From Candidatus Bilamarchaeaceae archaeon (lineage in GTDB: Archaea; Micrarchaeota; Micrarchaeia; Anstonellales; Bilamarchaeaceae): a stretch of DNA of 64,000 nucleotides. Below, piece after piece: positions 9,593 through 20,808 of the stretch. Under the pieces are notes generated by a model. That model saw nothing but the letters and a program-made list of their open reading frames with translations, searched no databases and was not told the origin of the DNA. The first letter of the stretch is position 1, and each line of letters opens with the position of its first letter. Where the stretch lies: positions 180,839-244,838 of the forward strand of contig JAVZJR010000001.1 in the NCBI GenBank assembly GCA_038870635.1, given 5' to 3'. Made by a program: the position numbers and the translations under genes.

Positions 9593-12500
9593 ATGATTAT
9601 GCATTTTAAAATTTTTGCATTTTTTATTCTTTTTTTATCAGTTTTTTTAGCATATACGCCACAGGACGGGGGGATTTGTGAGTGTAATGATTGCGCGGAT
9701 TGTACTAATGCATTAAGTGATAACATAAATTGTTATAACGAAGTTAGACTTATAACTGATATCTCGACTACTACAACATGTATTAATAACCCTAATGCTG
9801 AAAATAAGACTTTTGATTGCCAATTTAACTCAATAACTGGCGCTTTTGCTAATTTAACTTATGGAATTAGTTTATCAACAGAAGCAACGAATCTAACAAT
9901 AAAGAATTGCATTATCAAACGTTTTTTTTATAATGTGTTTATAACAAATACAAAAAATATAACGCTAAGGGATAATAATCTAAGCGAAGCTTATGCGGGA
10001 ATAACAATAACAAATATAACAAGCAGTTTTTTTGAAAACAATATAGTAATTAAAAGTAATTATGCTAATTTTTTCATTTCTAACTCGTCCAATAATGTAT
10101 TTGTCGAAAATGTGATTATGAATTATGAGGATACAACAGTAGGTTTTTCTTTATTTGACTCTAATGAGAATTTATTTAAAAATAATAATTTATCTCAACT
10201 AAGATCTGCCTTTTACTTAACAGATAGCATTAATAATGTGATTGATAGCAACACAATATACGATCTCCAGTACGGCGGTATTATTTTATGGCCAAACAGA
10301 AATGAAAACAACACAATTTCCAATAATACAATCAAAAATCTCACTGGCGGAGTATATATCTTTCAGCATTCGAATAATAATTTAATCACTAATAATAATA
10401 TATCCGATGTCTATTATGCTATTTATTTAATAGGAAATTCAAATAAAATTCAATTTAATAATTTGAATAATACGAAAAGAACGATATACCTCTATACAGC
10501 TAACGGAAATATTTTATCCAATAATAATATTTCCTATGGCGAATATGGTATCGAAATATCAAACAGCACACGTAATAACTTATTAGAAAACAATTTAATT
10601 TATTATAATGAAGTTGGAATATTTATAAGTGATTATGGTTCAAAGAATAATTCTGTAATAAACAATACTGTTTTCAAAAACAATCGCGGTATTTTTATTT
10701 ACGCAAATAGTAGCAACATAACAGAAAATTCTGTGTATAATAATACGTATGGCATTTACCTTAGCAGGAATTCGAATTGTGAGGTCTCCAAAAACAAAAT
10801 CTATGATAATAACTATGGCTTAAACATTTATGATTCTTCTAAAATACTTGTTAAAGACAATTTAATTTATAACAACAGTGGATATAATTTACAAATAGAT
10901 CATAATTCGCAAGATTCTATAATTTTTAACAATACCTTTTTTGGATCACTTTACTCTTTTCTTATAAACGCCTATTCTTCTGGAATAACTGCTCATGAGA
11001 ATAAATGTTACAACTCATCTTATTGCTTTTATATTGTTTCAGGAATTGAAAATAACTTTTATAATAACAGTATAAGTAATAGTACTTATGGAATTGCATT
11101 CCTTGAAGCAAAAGACAATAACATCACAAATAATATTTTCTTTAATAACAGTAACAATATATATGTCCGATTAAGTGCGGGGAATAATTTTTCAGATAAT
11201 ATTATATCTTTTGGTAAATCCAGTATATATATTAGAGATATATCGGAAAATAATTCGTTTAGAAATAATACCGTCTACGGCGCAGAGAGCGCGTTTTACA
11301 TTGAGAATAGCACTAATATTACAATTACAAGTGATGAGATATTTGATTCTAAAAATGGCATTTACATCGAAAATGCTAATGCAAGTCTTTTTAACGTCCA
11401 TTTATATAACAATACCAAATCATTTTATATTTCAACCACTTCTTCTTCCATCGAAGTTTTACTATCAAATGTAATTTTTGACAATGGAGTAGGAAATTTT
11501 GAAAATTATACTTTATTGAGCATAATAGACGTAATAGAACCAAATACTGCTTATTCAATAAACTGGACACAAAATGAATCAACGCTACCACCTTATTTTA
11601 GATCGTTTAAAAATAAATACATAAAAATATCTCCTGAACTAGGAAATATTTTAATCGATAGTATTTCGTGGCACTGGACAGATGATGAATTGATTGAAGG
11701 AAGCTATGATGAAAATTCTTTTGAGCTGTGGATGTACAATGGAAGTATTTGGAAACAACTAAATGGAACACCGAATGTATTAACCAATACTTTATCTATA
11801 ACAAACTTGAACCCAGACTCAGACTACGGAATACTAGAGTACAATTCTTCTTGTATGGAAATAAATTCTTCAGGAAATTATTATTTAAAGCGTAATATAG
11901 GAGGAGCACTAATGGATGTTTTTAATGTTCCAGGTATATCAAAAGCGTGTATTTTGATATCTTCATCGAATGTTATTTTCAATTGTAATGGTTTTAGCAT
12001 AATCAATAATGGGATTTCAAACGCTGCCGGAATTGTAATAAACGGTTCTAATAACTTAGAATACGATAACATCAGTATTCTAAATTGTAATACCTCTCAA
12101 TATCGTTATGGAACGTACTTAATTTATTCTAATAATATCACGCTAATTAATAACACAATATCAAATTCTCAAACTGGTTTTATTATACACAATTCGAATA
12201 ACACCTTTATTTTAGATTTACATCTTTTTAATAATTCAATGGCGGATCTTAGGTTAAATATCGACACCTTTAAACCTGGCTATCTACTCAATGCTTCAAA
12301 TATCACAATTGACAACCCCTTAGGAAACTTCGAGAATTATACTTCTATTAATATATATGACTCAGCTGGAGATTCAACAACAGAAGAAGTTTATTTACTC
12401 AATTGGACACAGAATTTATTACCTCTTCCTTCAGATCGCGTTTCATTTGCAGAGAAATCTGTAAATATATTAAAAGAAGGGTACGCTTCAATAGATTTGA

Positions 12501-14902
12501 TCTCATTTACATGGTTAGAATCTGAACTGGATGGGTATAATGAAAGTAACTTTGAGCTTTGGAAATACAATTCGTCAGGATGGAAAATACTAAATGAAAC
12601 ACCAGATATAATAAAAAACAGATTATCGCTATCAAATTTAGATCCTTCTTCAACTTACACGATACTTCAAAAAACAGAGAACTGTCCAATAATAACTTCT
12701 TCCGGGATACATATGCAAACCAAAAACTATAAAAATGCACCGAATGCTGCGTCTCCTCTTTTAGGTGCCACTTGTGTCAAAATAGCCGCCTCAGATGTCA
12801 TTTATGATTGTAATAGTTACAATATAACTAATGAAGAGAATACAGGAATAACATTCGGAATCCTTGTAAATGGTTCTTATAGCAATATAACAATAAAAAA
12901 TTGTCCTAAAATATCAAACTATACAAATGGTGTTTATTTTTATTATACCGAAAATAGCAGTATAGAAAATATTACAGTGTATAATAATTCGTACGGGATA
13001 GTTCTCAATAATGCCGCAAATAATATTCTATTAAACAATTCAATCGATTCAAACTTAGATGGCGCCATTATCAATGGAGCGATAAATAATACTATTATAT
13101 CAAATAAATTACATAATAATGTAAATGGTGGTATAATACTTCAAAATTCTGTCATTAAAAATGAAATAAAAAACAATGTTATATATAATAACTCTATTGG
13201 ATGTCATCTAATAACAACAAAAAACAATATTTTATCGAGTAATTTTATTTATAACAACTCATATGGTATCTATAGTTACAGGAGTTTTAATAATACTGTT
13301 TTAAATAATTCAATCTATAAGAATAATGATAACGGAGCGTACATTGTAAGTTCTACTGCTCAATTTATTAAAAACAACGTAAGCAATAATGAGAAGGAAG
13401 GAGTTTATGTTTTAGATTCTAACACCACATTTGAAGATGACATATTCTATAACAACAGTGCAGCAACGCCGGCTGACCTATATATTAATTTTTCTAATCC
13501 ATCCCTCAAAAGTATAAATCTAAGCAGGGTCTTATTTTTGAATCAGCAGGGCACTAAAACAAATTATATAAATATCTCCTTAAACGACGAAAATAGTGGT
13601 AGCACAGCGTATTCGCTTAGCTATGCCTATTTGCCAGCACCTCCACCATCAAACTACACTTCCTTTAGCCAAAAATTCATCAACATTTCGCATTACAATG
13701 GATTGCTACTTATCGATAATCTAAGAATACATTGGTCAAATAATGAGCTTATTGGTTACAATGAAAATATGTTTGAAGTTTGGTCGTATGATGGTAATAA
13801 GTGGGATTATTTTATCAATCAAGCGTTAGATACGACAAATAATTTTATTGATATGTATGATATATCTACACCATCTGTTTATGGCATTCTTCAGAAACTT
13901 CCGCCTTATCGACCACCAACCGGCGAAGAAGAAGAGCGCAAACATAGATTATATATTTATCCGATAGAACCCCAATACGGAATAATAAACAAAGTAAAAG
14001 ATGTTCAAATGTTGATAGAAAATAGAGGCGACTACACTGAACACGAGATTAAAATATATATTGAAACAAACGAGAATTTTGTAAGCGAAAACACTACTAT
14101 AAGTATGATACGCCCGCATGATATAAAAAATAACTCAATAAAAATAACGGGACTTAAAATTGGGACTTTCGTTCTAAAAGCAGAAGCACTTAGTAATAGT
14201 GCTTATACATTTAGAGAATTTAACTTTACTGTTTTGCCCGAATGTGAAAAGAATGACGATTGCAGTCAAAACGAGTACTGTTCAGAAGGTATATGCTCAA
14301 AAATCGAATGCGAAGATGGTTATGTGCAAGACCATCTTTGTGTTATTTACGAATGTTATAATGACTTGAATTGTGGTAGTTTTAAAAAATGTAAAAATCA
14401 TGTATGTGTCCCTATCAACTATACTCTTTATATAATAACTAATAATGTTACTGTCGATGATAACTTCACTGGATTTGTGTATGCTGATGATATGCCGGCT
14501 AATAATCTCACAGTAGCGGTTATTCTTCCTAATGGTTATGTAAGTAAATTTATCACAGATATAAACGGTCAATTTACTGTCCCGGCTATTTTAGAAGGAA
14601 AATATGAATTTTATTTAGAGGGACTTAGAAATATAAGAGCATATGGTTATGCCCATGACAAACCACTTATAACAAAAAAACCTATAAAAGTTAAAGAAGA
14701 AATAACTGCTTCAAAAGCTCAACCGATAAAAAGATGCTGTTTTTTTGATATATGTTACGAAATTTTGGGTGTATGCTGGTACTACTGGATTTTAATAACA
14801 CTCCTTTTCATTGTTTTTTTCATTTTATACGAAAAAGTAAGATGGAAGAAGCAAGAGAATGATTTTATAAAAAAACAATACAAGCGATCTAAAGCAATCT
14901 AA
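9593..14902 (+). CDS. Large surface protein with NosD/parallel beta-helix repeats, a thrice-repeated linker domain, a Cys-rich segment and a C-terminal TM anchor
   Basis: Signal peptide; Asn-rich N.I.NN.YGI repeats; repeated NFENYT...Y..NW...FELW.Y....W module; C-terminal hydrophobic helix and basic tail. Confidence 0.85.
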   Translation: MIMHFKIFAFFILFLSVFLAYTPQDGGICECNDCADCTNALSDNINCYNEVRLITDISTTTTCINNPNAENKTFDCQFNSITGAFANLTYGISLSTEATNLTIKNCIIKRFFYNVFITNTKNITLRDNNLSEAYAGITITNITSSFFENNIVIKSNYANFFISNSSNNVFVENVIMNYEDTTVGFSLFDSNENLFKNNNLSQLRSAFYLTDSINNVIDSNTIYDLQYGGIILWPNRNENNTISNNTIKNLTGGVYIFQHSNNNLITNNNISDVYYAIYLIGNSNKIQFNNLNNTKRTIYLYTANGNILSNNNISYGEYGIEISNSTRNNLLENNLIYYNEVGIFISDYGSKNNSVINNTVFKNNRGIFIYANSSNITENSVYNNTYGIYLSRNSNCEVSKNKIYDNNYGLNIYDSSKILVKDNLIYNNSGYNLQIDHNSQDSIIFNNTFFGSLYSFLINAYSSGITAHENKCYNSSYCFYIVSGIENNFYNNSISNSTYGIAFLEAKDNNITNNIFFNNSNNIYVRLSAGNNFSDNIISFGKSSIYIRDISENNSFRNNTVYGAESAFYIENSTNITITSDEIFDSKNGIYIENANASLFNVHLYNNTKSFYISTTSSSIEVLLSNVIFDNGVGNFENYTLLSIIDVIEPNTAYSINWTQNESTLPPYFRSFKNKYIKISPELGNILIDSISWHWTDDELIEGSYDENSFELWMYNGSIWKQLNGTPNVLTNTLSITNLNPDSDYGILEYNSSCMEINSSGNYYLKRNIGGALMDVFNVPGISKACILISSSNVIFNCNGFSIINNGISNAAGIVINGSNNLEYDNISILNCNTSQYRYGTYLIYSNNITLINNTISNSQTGFIIHNSNNTFILDLHLFNNSMADLRLNIDTFKPGYLLNASNITIDNPLGNFENYTSINIYDSAGDSTTEEVYLLNWTQNLLPLPSDRVSFAEKSVNILKEGYASIDLISFTWLESELDGYNESNFELWKYNSSGWKILNETPDIIKNRLSLSNLDPSSTYTILQKTENCPIITSSGIHMQTKNYKNAPNAASPLLGATCVKIAASDVIYDCNSYNITNEENTGITFGILVNGSYSNITIKNCPKISNYTNGVYFYYTENSSIENITVYNNSYGIVLNNAANNILLNNSIDSNLDGAIINGAINNTIISNKLHNNVNGGIILQNSVIKNEIKNNVIYNNSIGCHLITTKNNILSSNFIYNNSYGIYSYRSFNNTVLNNSIYKNNDNGAYIVSSTAQFIKNNVSNNEKEGVYVLDSNTTFEDDIFYNNSAATPADLYINFSNPSLKSINLSRVLFLNQQGTKTNYINISLNDENSGSTAYSLSYAYLPAPPPSNYTSFSQKFINISHYNGLLLIDNLRIHWSNNELIGYNENMFEVWSYDGNKWDYFINQALDTTNNFIDMYDISTPSVYGILQKLPPYRPPTGEEEERKHRLYIYPIEPQYGIINKVKDVQMLIENRGDYTEHEIKIYIETNENFVSENTTISMIRPHDIKNNSIKITGLKIGTFVLKAEALSNSAYTFREFNFTVLPECEKNDDCSQNEYCSEGICSKIECEDGYVQDHLCVIYECYNDLNCGSFKKCKNHVCVPINYTLYIITNNVTVDDNFTGFVYADDMPANNLTVAVILPNGYVSKFITDINGQFTVPAILEGKYEFYLEGLRNIRAYGYAHDKPLITKKPIKVKEEITASKAQPIKRCCFFDICYEILGVCWYYWILITLLFIVFFILYEKVRWKKQENDFIKKQYKRSKAI

Positions 14903-16886
14903 GCGAGTTTGCGACTAAAAGCGCTGCAAACACAAGTGAAACTGTGTTAAGCACTTTTATTAAAGCATTAAGAGCAGGCCCCGCAGTATCCTTAAAAGGA
15001 TCACCAACTGTATCGCCAACAACCGCTGCTTTATGGGTATCGCTTCCTTTACCACCAAGGTTTCCCTGCTCTATGTATTTTTTAGCATTATCCCAAGATG
15101 CGCCAGCAGTGCACATAAACAAGGCAAGCAAGAGACCGCTTGCTATCGCCCCTGCGAGCAATCCTGCGAGAGCAGCTGCACCAAAAAGATAACCTACTAG
15201 AAGAGGAGTTATAACTGCAATAACACCAGGTAATGCAAGTTCCCTAAGAGCAGTAGCAGTGCTGATGTCAACACAACGAGCGTAATCTGCCCTTGCTTTT
15301 CCTTCCATAAGGCCTTTTATCTCCTTGAATTGTCTTCTTACTTCTTCTACTATATCATAAGCAGCTCTACCAACTGCAAGCATAAGAATAGAGGAAAAGA
15401 CAAATGGCAGCAAAGCACCTATGAATAACCCAATAACAACAGGTGTGGAAAGAAGGTCAACAGAAGATAATTTACTTTCAGTAGCAAAAGCACTAAACAA
15501 AGCAAGAGCACCAAGTGCCGCACCGCCAATGGCAAAACCTTTTGTTGTTGCTTTAGTTGTATTTCCAACAGCGTCAAGTGCATCTGTAACTTTTCTTACT
15601 TTTTCTGGTAAACCAGACATTTCTGCTATACCGCCAGCATTATCTGAAATTGGACCGTATGAATCTATCGAAATCACCATACCGCTAAGAGAAAGCATTG
15701 CTGCTGCGGCAAGCGCAACACCATAAAGACCATAAAGCCCGCCTAACTTGTAAGAAAGTGCAATAGCAATAACTATTATGAGGACTGGTAAAAATGTAGA
15801 TTCCATTCCAACTGCCAACCCAGTTATTAAATTTGTACCGCTCCCAGTACTAGAGGCTTTTGCTATCTTTTTTACTGGTCCAAATTGAGTGCCTGTGTAA
15901 TACTCTGTTATTAGGAACAAAGCAATTGTCACAACTGCACCAATTAATGTTATATAGAAATATTGTATTGGAGAATATAAATAGGTAAGAATAAGCATGA
16001 TTATAGCAGTGGCAGCCAAACCTGCATAAAACGCATTCATTATCTTGTTGTCCCATAGTCTTACAAAGAAAGAACCTACCAAACTAGCAAGAACCCCTAT
16101 GGCTGCTATCCCAAGAGGTAAAAGTATTAAATCAGGAGTAGGACCAAGAAGCATAGCTGCTATTATAGTAACTACAAAAGATTCAAAGACATCTGCAGCC
16201 ATCCCTGCGCAATCTCCTACATTATCGCCTACATTATCAGCGATAACAGCCGGGTTTCTTGGGTCATCCTCAGGTATATTTTTTTCAACTTTGCCCACAA
16301 GGTCAGCGCCAACATCTGCGGCTTTGGTGTATATACCACCGCCCACCCTTGCAAAAAGAGAGATGAGAGATGCACCAAAACCATACCCAACGAGAGGCGC
16401 AAGATCTCCATTAAAAATAATATACAAACCGCTTAAACCAACAAGACCAAGACCAACTAACGCCATGCCAGTAACTGCACCACCTTTAAAAGCAAGCGAT
16501 AGGGCAGCCTGTAATCCCTTATTTGCCATTTCGGCTACTCTAACATTTCCGCGAACTGCTGCCTGCATCCCAATGTAACCTGCAAGTGCAGAAGATAAAA
16601 CACCAATAATAAATGCAAATGCAGTATTAACATTGACAAAATAGAATATTACCAAGAAAAGCAAAAGCACAATTGGCAAAAGTGTTTTGTATTGTCTCAA
16701 AAGATAAGCATTAGCCCCTTCTTCAATTGCTTTTGCAATAGATTGCATCTTTTCGTTTCCCTTAGGCGCTCTTATTACTTGAAAAACCAATAAGAGGGAA
16801 TAGATAATCGCTAGTACCCCAACACCTAATGAAAAATAAACCTCACTAAACCCAAAAATCATGTCTATCCCATTTTTGCTTAACAT
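14889..16886 (-). CDS. hppA: Membrane-bound H+-translocating pyrophosphatase, likely K+-independent; start uncertain
   Basis: GGGIYTKAADVGADLVGKVE, EDDPRNPAVIADNVGDNVGD, GNTTKA (Lys variant) and GDTVGDPFKD. Confidence 0.95.
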   Translation of the reverse strand: MLSKNGIDMIFGFSEVYFSLGVGVLAIIYSLLLVFQVIRAPKGNEKMQSIAKAIEEGANAYLLRQYKTLLPIVLLLFLVIFYFVNVNTAFAFIIGVLSSALAGYIGMQAAVRGNVRVAEMANKGLQAALSLAFKGGAVTGMALVGLGLVGLSGLYIIFNGDLAPLVGYGFGASLISLFARVGGGIYTKAADVGADLVGKVEKNIPEDDPRNPAVIADNVGDNVGDCAGMAADVFESFVVTIIAAMLLGPTPDLILLPLGIAAIGVLASLVGSFFVRLWDNKIMNAFYAGLAATAIIMLILTYLYSPIQYFYITLIGAVVTIALFLITEYYTGTQFGPVKKIAKASSTGSGTNLITGLAVGMESTFLPVLIIVIAIALSYKLGGLYGLYGVALAAAAMLSLSGMVISIDSYGPISDNAGGIAEMSGLPEKVRKVTDALDAVGNTTKATTKGFAIGGAALGALALFSAFATESKLSSVDLLSTPVVIGLFIGALLPFVFSSILMLAVGRAAYDIVEEVRRQFKEIKGLMEGKARADYARCVDISTATALRELALPGVIAVITPLLVGYLFGAAALAGLLAGAIASGLLLALFMCTAGASWDNAKKYIEQGNLGGKGSDTHKAAVVGDTVGDPFKDTAGPALNALIKVLNTVSLVFAALLVANSLRLL

Positions 16887-16990
16887 AAAAACTTTTTTAA
16901 ACAATTCTTTTTGTTTGAATGAAAAATAACTAAGGAGAATACAGACAAAACACAAAAAGTTTTAATAAGAAATGTTTAAGTGCTTACAAT

Positions 16991-17338
16991 ATGATACAAC
17001 AAAACGCAAAAGAAAAAAAACTTGCAGTTGCTTTGGTTGTTCTCTTTTTTGTGTATTTAATAAGTATTTTCTTTTATCACGAGGAAGAGAAATGGGGATA
17101 TCTTGATTGTGCCTATTTTATAACAATGACAATAACGACAATAGGTTATGGAGATATAACACCTACAACAGATATATCAAAAATATATACCATTTTCCTT
17201 ACATTTGCGGGTATATCCATAGCTTTTTATATCATAAGTGTTTTAAGCAGTGTAAGAGAAAAAATAGTAGATGAACGGTTGCATAAACAACTCAAAATGA
17301 TGAAGGATATTTTAACAGCGAAGACGAAAAAAAACTGA
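16991..17338 (+). CDS. Two-TM potassium channel pore protein
   Basis: TITTIGYGD selectivity filter between two TM helices. Confidence 0.9.
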   Translation: MIQQNAKEKKLAVALVVLFFVYLISIFFYHEEEKWGYLDCAYFITMTITTIGYGDITPTTDISKIYTIFLTFAGISIAFYIISVLSSVREKIVDERLHKQLKMMKDILTAKTKKN

Positions 17339-17349
17339 TTGGTGGTTGC

Positions 17350-17643
17350 GTGAAGTTTAAAGTTGTCGAAGGGTGCACTTCTGTTGATGCCTACCAACTT
17401 ATGTATGAAAAAAAAGCAAAGATAGATTTGAAAAAAGCTGCTGAAGCCATATCTAAGATTGGCGAGATACTCGGTGAAACCAAGGTAGTTCTATTTGCTA
17501 AATTAGTTAAAGACAAAGTAACGGCGAGTGTTAGCATTTATGAGGACGGAAGAGTAATTATAAAAAATGTGAGCAAAGATGATGCGGGCGTTTTTGGTGA
17601 AATTATTACAAATATGTTAGAAGAAAAAGGTGCGTTTATTTGA
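17350..17643 (+). CDS. Hypothetical protein
   Basis: 97-aa ORF in an operon-like run; GGTGG before the GTG start. Confidence 0.7.
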   Translation: MKFKVVEGCTSVDAYQLMYEKKAKIDLKKAAEAISKIGEILGETKVVLFAKLVKDKVTASVSIYEDGRVIIKNVSKDDAGVFGEIITNMLEEKGAFI

Positions 17644-18197
17644 AAAGAGTGCTTATACTGCATGGCTGGGGTGCGAATAGCGAAAGTAATTGGTTTCCTT
17701 GGCTAAAAAAAACACTAGAAAAAAAAGGGATTACTGTCTACGCACCTGATTTACCAAACAGCATTTGGCCAAATGCAGACGAGTGGATAAATAAAATAAA
17801 AAAAACCGCATCGCCTTTTGATAATAGTCTATCTATTGTTGGGCATAGCCTGGGCACGGTTGCTGCTTTGCGAACACTAGAAACATTAGATAAAAAAGAA
17901 AAAGTAGAAAGAGTAATACTTGTCAGTGGTTTTGCGAAAGATTTAGGTGTGGCGCCTCTATCAAGCTTTTTTAAAAAGCCTTTTGATTGGAAAAAAATAA
18001 AACAAAAATCAGATAGTTTTATTGTTATTCATAGCGAAGATGATGAAGTTGTTCCATTTGAATATGGAAAGGAATTGGCTTATAAACTCGATGCTAAATT
18101 TATAACAGAACGACAACTAGGCCATCTAAACGCAGGTATAGGAAACTTTACATATCCACGTATTGTTGAATTATTAGGTGCAAAAAATGAAGATTGA
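17640..18197 (+). CDS. RBBP9/YdeN-family alpha/beta hydrolase
   Basis: HGW...NWFPWL, GHSLG, HSEDD..VP and GHLN. Confidence 0.9.
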   Translation: MKRVLILHGWGANSESNWFPWLKKTLEKKGITVYAPDLPNSIWPNADEWINKIKKTASPFDNSLSIVGHSLGTVAALRTLETLDKKEKVERVILVSGFAKDLGVAPLSSFFKKPFDWKKIKQKSDSFIVIHSEDDEVVPFEYGKELAYKLDAKFITERQLGHLNAGIGNFTYPRIVELLGAKNED

Positions 18198-18828
18198 TTT
18201 TCACGTCCACACAAACACATCTTATGATTCTATCATAAAGCCAGAAGATCTTATAAAAAAATCAAAGGCAACTGGTGTAATACCTGTAATAACAGACCAT
18301 GACAGCATTGAAGGTTGGAAGAAAATGGAGAGAGGAAGTTTTATACCTGGTATAGAAATAAGAACAAAAGAAGGGGACTTGATAGGTATTTTCATAAATG
18401 AAAGCATACCAAGAAAAATAGCGATAGAGGAGGCAATTGATAGAATAAAAGAACAAGGGGGTCTTGTTTATTTACCGCATATGTATGATAGTACACGAAG
18501 CGGATGTGGAGCTGCTTACGCTAATCTTGCAGATATAATAGAGGTTTTTAATGCGAGATGTGACGAGAGATGCAATAGAATGGCTGATGACACTGCAAAA
18601 AAACTAAACAAAGTTCGGGCTGCAGGTTCAGATTCTCATTTTCTTTTTGAGTTTGGAAACACCTATGTTGAAACTGAAGATTTTGATATTGAGAGCCCTA
18701 AAGAAATGATAAAAGCTTTAAAAAGCAAAAGTGCAAAAATAATTGGAAAATGCGCTCCTTTTTACGTAAGAGGACCTACATGGGCGCTATCAAAAGCAAG
18801 AAAGCTCTGGCGATGGTTAAAAAAGTGA
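18187..18828 (+). CDS. PHP-domain metallophosphoesterase
   Basis: DFHVHT, TDHD, PGIEI and GSDSH. Confidence 0.9.
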   Translation: MKIDFHVHTNTSYDSIIKPEDLIKKSKATGVIPVITDHDSIEGWKKMERGSFIPGIEIRTKEGDLIGIFINESIPRKIAIEEAIDRIKEQGGLVYLPHMYDSTRSGCGAAYANLADIIEVFNARCDERCNRMADDTAKKLNKVRAAGSDSHFLFEFGNTYVETEDFDIESPKEMIKALKSKSAKIIGKCAPFYVRGPTWALSKARKLWRWLKK

Positions 18829-18834
18829 TTTTGT

Positions 18835-19854
18835 ATGGCTGAAAACTTTGTTGGTTTTGAGATTGCTGCTTATGTTGTTACAGCTTCTATTGTTCTTGCA
18901 GGAATATTGATAGGATTAGGAAGAAGTTTTGGGAACAAAAGGATTGAAAGTTTCGGAATAGAGGAATTTTTTCAATCAATAATAAACGCTGCCATAATAG
19001 GTGCTTTTGCGGCTATAATTACTTTAGTAAATGAGGTTTCATCTTCAATTAATGAAGGGCAAATATGTGGCAATGATAAACTCATAGTCTCTCAACTAAT
19101 TTGTAATTTTGAAAACATCTCGAGTAGTCTATTCTTACTTATGCAGGAAATATTGAAACTTTCTACTACTGTGGCGTATTACCAAACACTTAAGTTAAAT
19201 TTTGACATTTTAACAATACAGCCTTTCTCAAATTTATCAGCTGTTTTAGATTTGATGGCTCTCCAAACTACAATAATCCAAATATTATTAATAGGATTGA
19301 ACATGAATATAGCTTTTCTTAATTTCATTGGTCAAAATGCTTTACTTTTGATATTTCCTTTAGGATTAGTATTCCGAACTTTTTTTGCTACCAGAAGGGT
19401 TGGTGCGTTTTTAATAGGTCTAGCAATAGGTTTATACCTTCTTTATCCATCTTTTATATTCATATTCCCTTCTCCTGAAAGCGATATAAAAAATACTACT
19501 GCAGAAATAAATAAGATGAATATGAAACCCTACTACTCTGCCGTACCAATAATAAATTTAAACGACAATAATGCTCTTGGTGCAAAATTAGATGTTATGA
19601 GCGGAAGGTGTTTTGGTATTAATACACCAGAATGCCAAAATGCGACGGAGGGATTAAACAGAGAGGATGTAGATTTCGTAAGCGACTTGGGAGTAGGGAT
19701 GCAAAAAGTTAGCGTATCCACAGGAAAATCACTTGTCTATCTAATACTGGCGCCTTTCCTATCTCTTTTGATAACTGCAATATTCGTAAAGGAAATCACA
19801 AAAATATTTGGAAGTGAATTTTCTCTAAGTTTTGGGTTTGTAAGCAAAATATAA
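18835..19854 (+). CDS. Polytopic membrane protein, orphan paralog of the 42.8-50.1 kb family (CedA/VirB6-like)
   Basis: FPLGLVFRTFFATRRVGAFLIGLAIGLYLLYP core motif and C-terminal IFGSE shared with the cluster paralogs. Confidence 0.75.
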   Translation: MAENFVGFEIAAYVVTASIVLAGILIGLGRSFGNKRIESFGIEEFFQSIINAAIIGAFAAIITLVNEVSSSINEGQICGNDKLIVSQLICNFENISSSLFLLMQEILKLSTTVAYYQTLKLNFDILTIQPFSNLSAVLDLMALQTTIIQILLIGLNMNIAFLNFIGQNALLLIFPLGLVFRTFFATRRVGAFLIGLAIGLYLLYPSFIFIFPSPESDIKNTTAEINKMNMKPYYSAVPIINLNDNNALGAKLDVMSGRCFGINTPECQNATEGLNREDVDFVSDLGVGMQKVSVSTGKSLVYLILAPFLSLLITAIFVKEITKIFGSEFSLSFGFVSKI

Positions 19855-20808
19855 TTATTCCATTTCTATTGTACCTGGCGGTTTGTTTGTTATGTCATAG
19901 AAAACTCGTCCAACACTTCTAACTTCATTAGTTATCCGTGTTGACATGCGCTCAAGTAAATCTAATGGAAGATGTGAAAAGTTTGCTGTCATGCCGTCAA
20001 GACTTCTCACCGCTCTGATTACAACAGCATACTGATAGGCGCGCTCGTCTCCGCGGACTCCAACTATTTTAACTGGCAGCAAAGCAGCAAAATATTGCCA
20101 CGGTCGCTCTATTCGTCCACTACGCCATTCCTTTTCAATTTCTTCTTCTACTATAGCGCATACCTCCCTCACAATCTCAACTTTTTCAGGTGTAACCTCA
20201 CCCACAACTCTAATAGCAAGGGCAGGACCAGGGAATGGTTGCCTTTCAGAAATCGAGGATGGCAAACCAAGGGCTTTTGCAACCTCACGCACTTCGTGTT
20301 TATAAAGTTCCCTAAGCGGCTCGCAAAGCTTTAGGTCCATTTTCTCAGGCAAACCTCCAACGTTGTGGTGGCTTTTTATAGTATCCCTACCAAGACCACC
20401 GCTTTCTATCCAATCAGGCGCTATTGTACCCTGAATTAGAAAAGTGGCGCCGTGTTTTTTTGCCTCTTCGTTAAATATCTCAACAAAAAGCCTTCCTATT
20501 ATTTTTCTTTTTTGTTCTGGATCAAAAACTCCTTTTAGAGCTGAAAAAAACCTATTTTTAGCATCTATAACTGAAAGTTTTATACCCGCTGCTTTTGCCG
20601 CCTCCTTAACTCCTTCTGTTTCTCCTTTTCTCATAAGACCAGTATCAACATAGTAAACATATAGCTGATTAGGTACCGCTCTTGAAGCTAGCGCAGCAGC
20701 CACGAATGAATCAACCCCTCCAGAAACTGCGGTTATAGCCTTTTCTTTACCGATTCTTATTTTTATATCATCGACTGCTTGCTCGATAAACTTATCTGCG
20801 TTGAACAT
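19855..20808 (-). CDS. guaAB: GMP synthase, ATP pyrophosphatase subunit B
   Basis: SGGVDS, IKSHHNVGGLP, RQPFPGP and YDITNKPPGTIE; no glutaminase domain. Confidence 0.95.
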   Translation of the reverse strand: MFNADKFIEQAVDDIKIRIGKEKAITAVSGGVDSFVAAALASRAVPNQLYVYYVDTGLMRKGETEGVKEAAKAAGIKLSVIDAKNRFFSALKGVFDPEQKRKIIGRLFVEIFNEEAKKHGATFLIQGTIAPDWIESGGLGRDTIKSHHNVGGLPEKMDLKLCEPLRELYKHEVREVAKALGLPSSISERQPFPGPALAIRVVGEVTPEKVEIVREVCAIVEEEIEKEWRSGRIERPWQYFAALLPVKIVGVRGDERAYQYAVVIRAVRSLDGMTANFSHLPLDLLERMSTRITNEVRSVGRVFYDITNKPPGTIEME

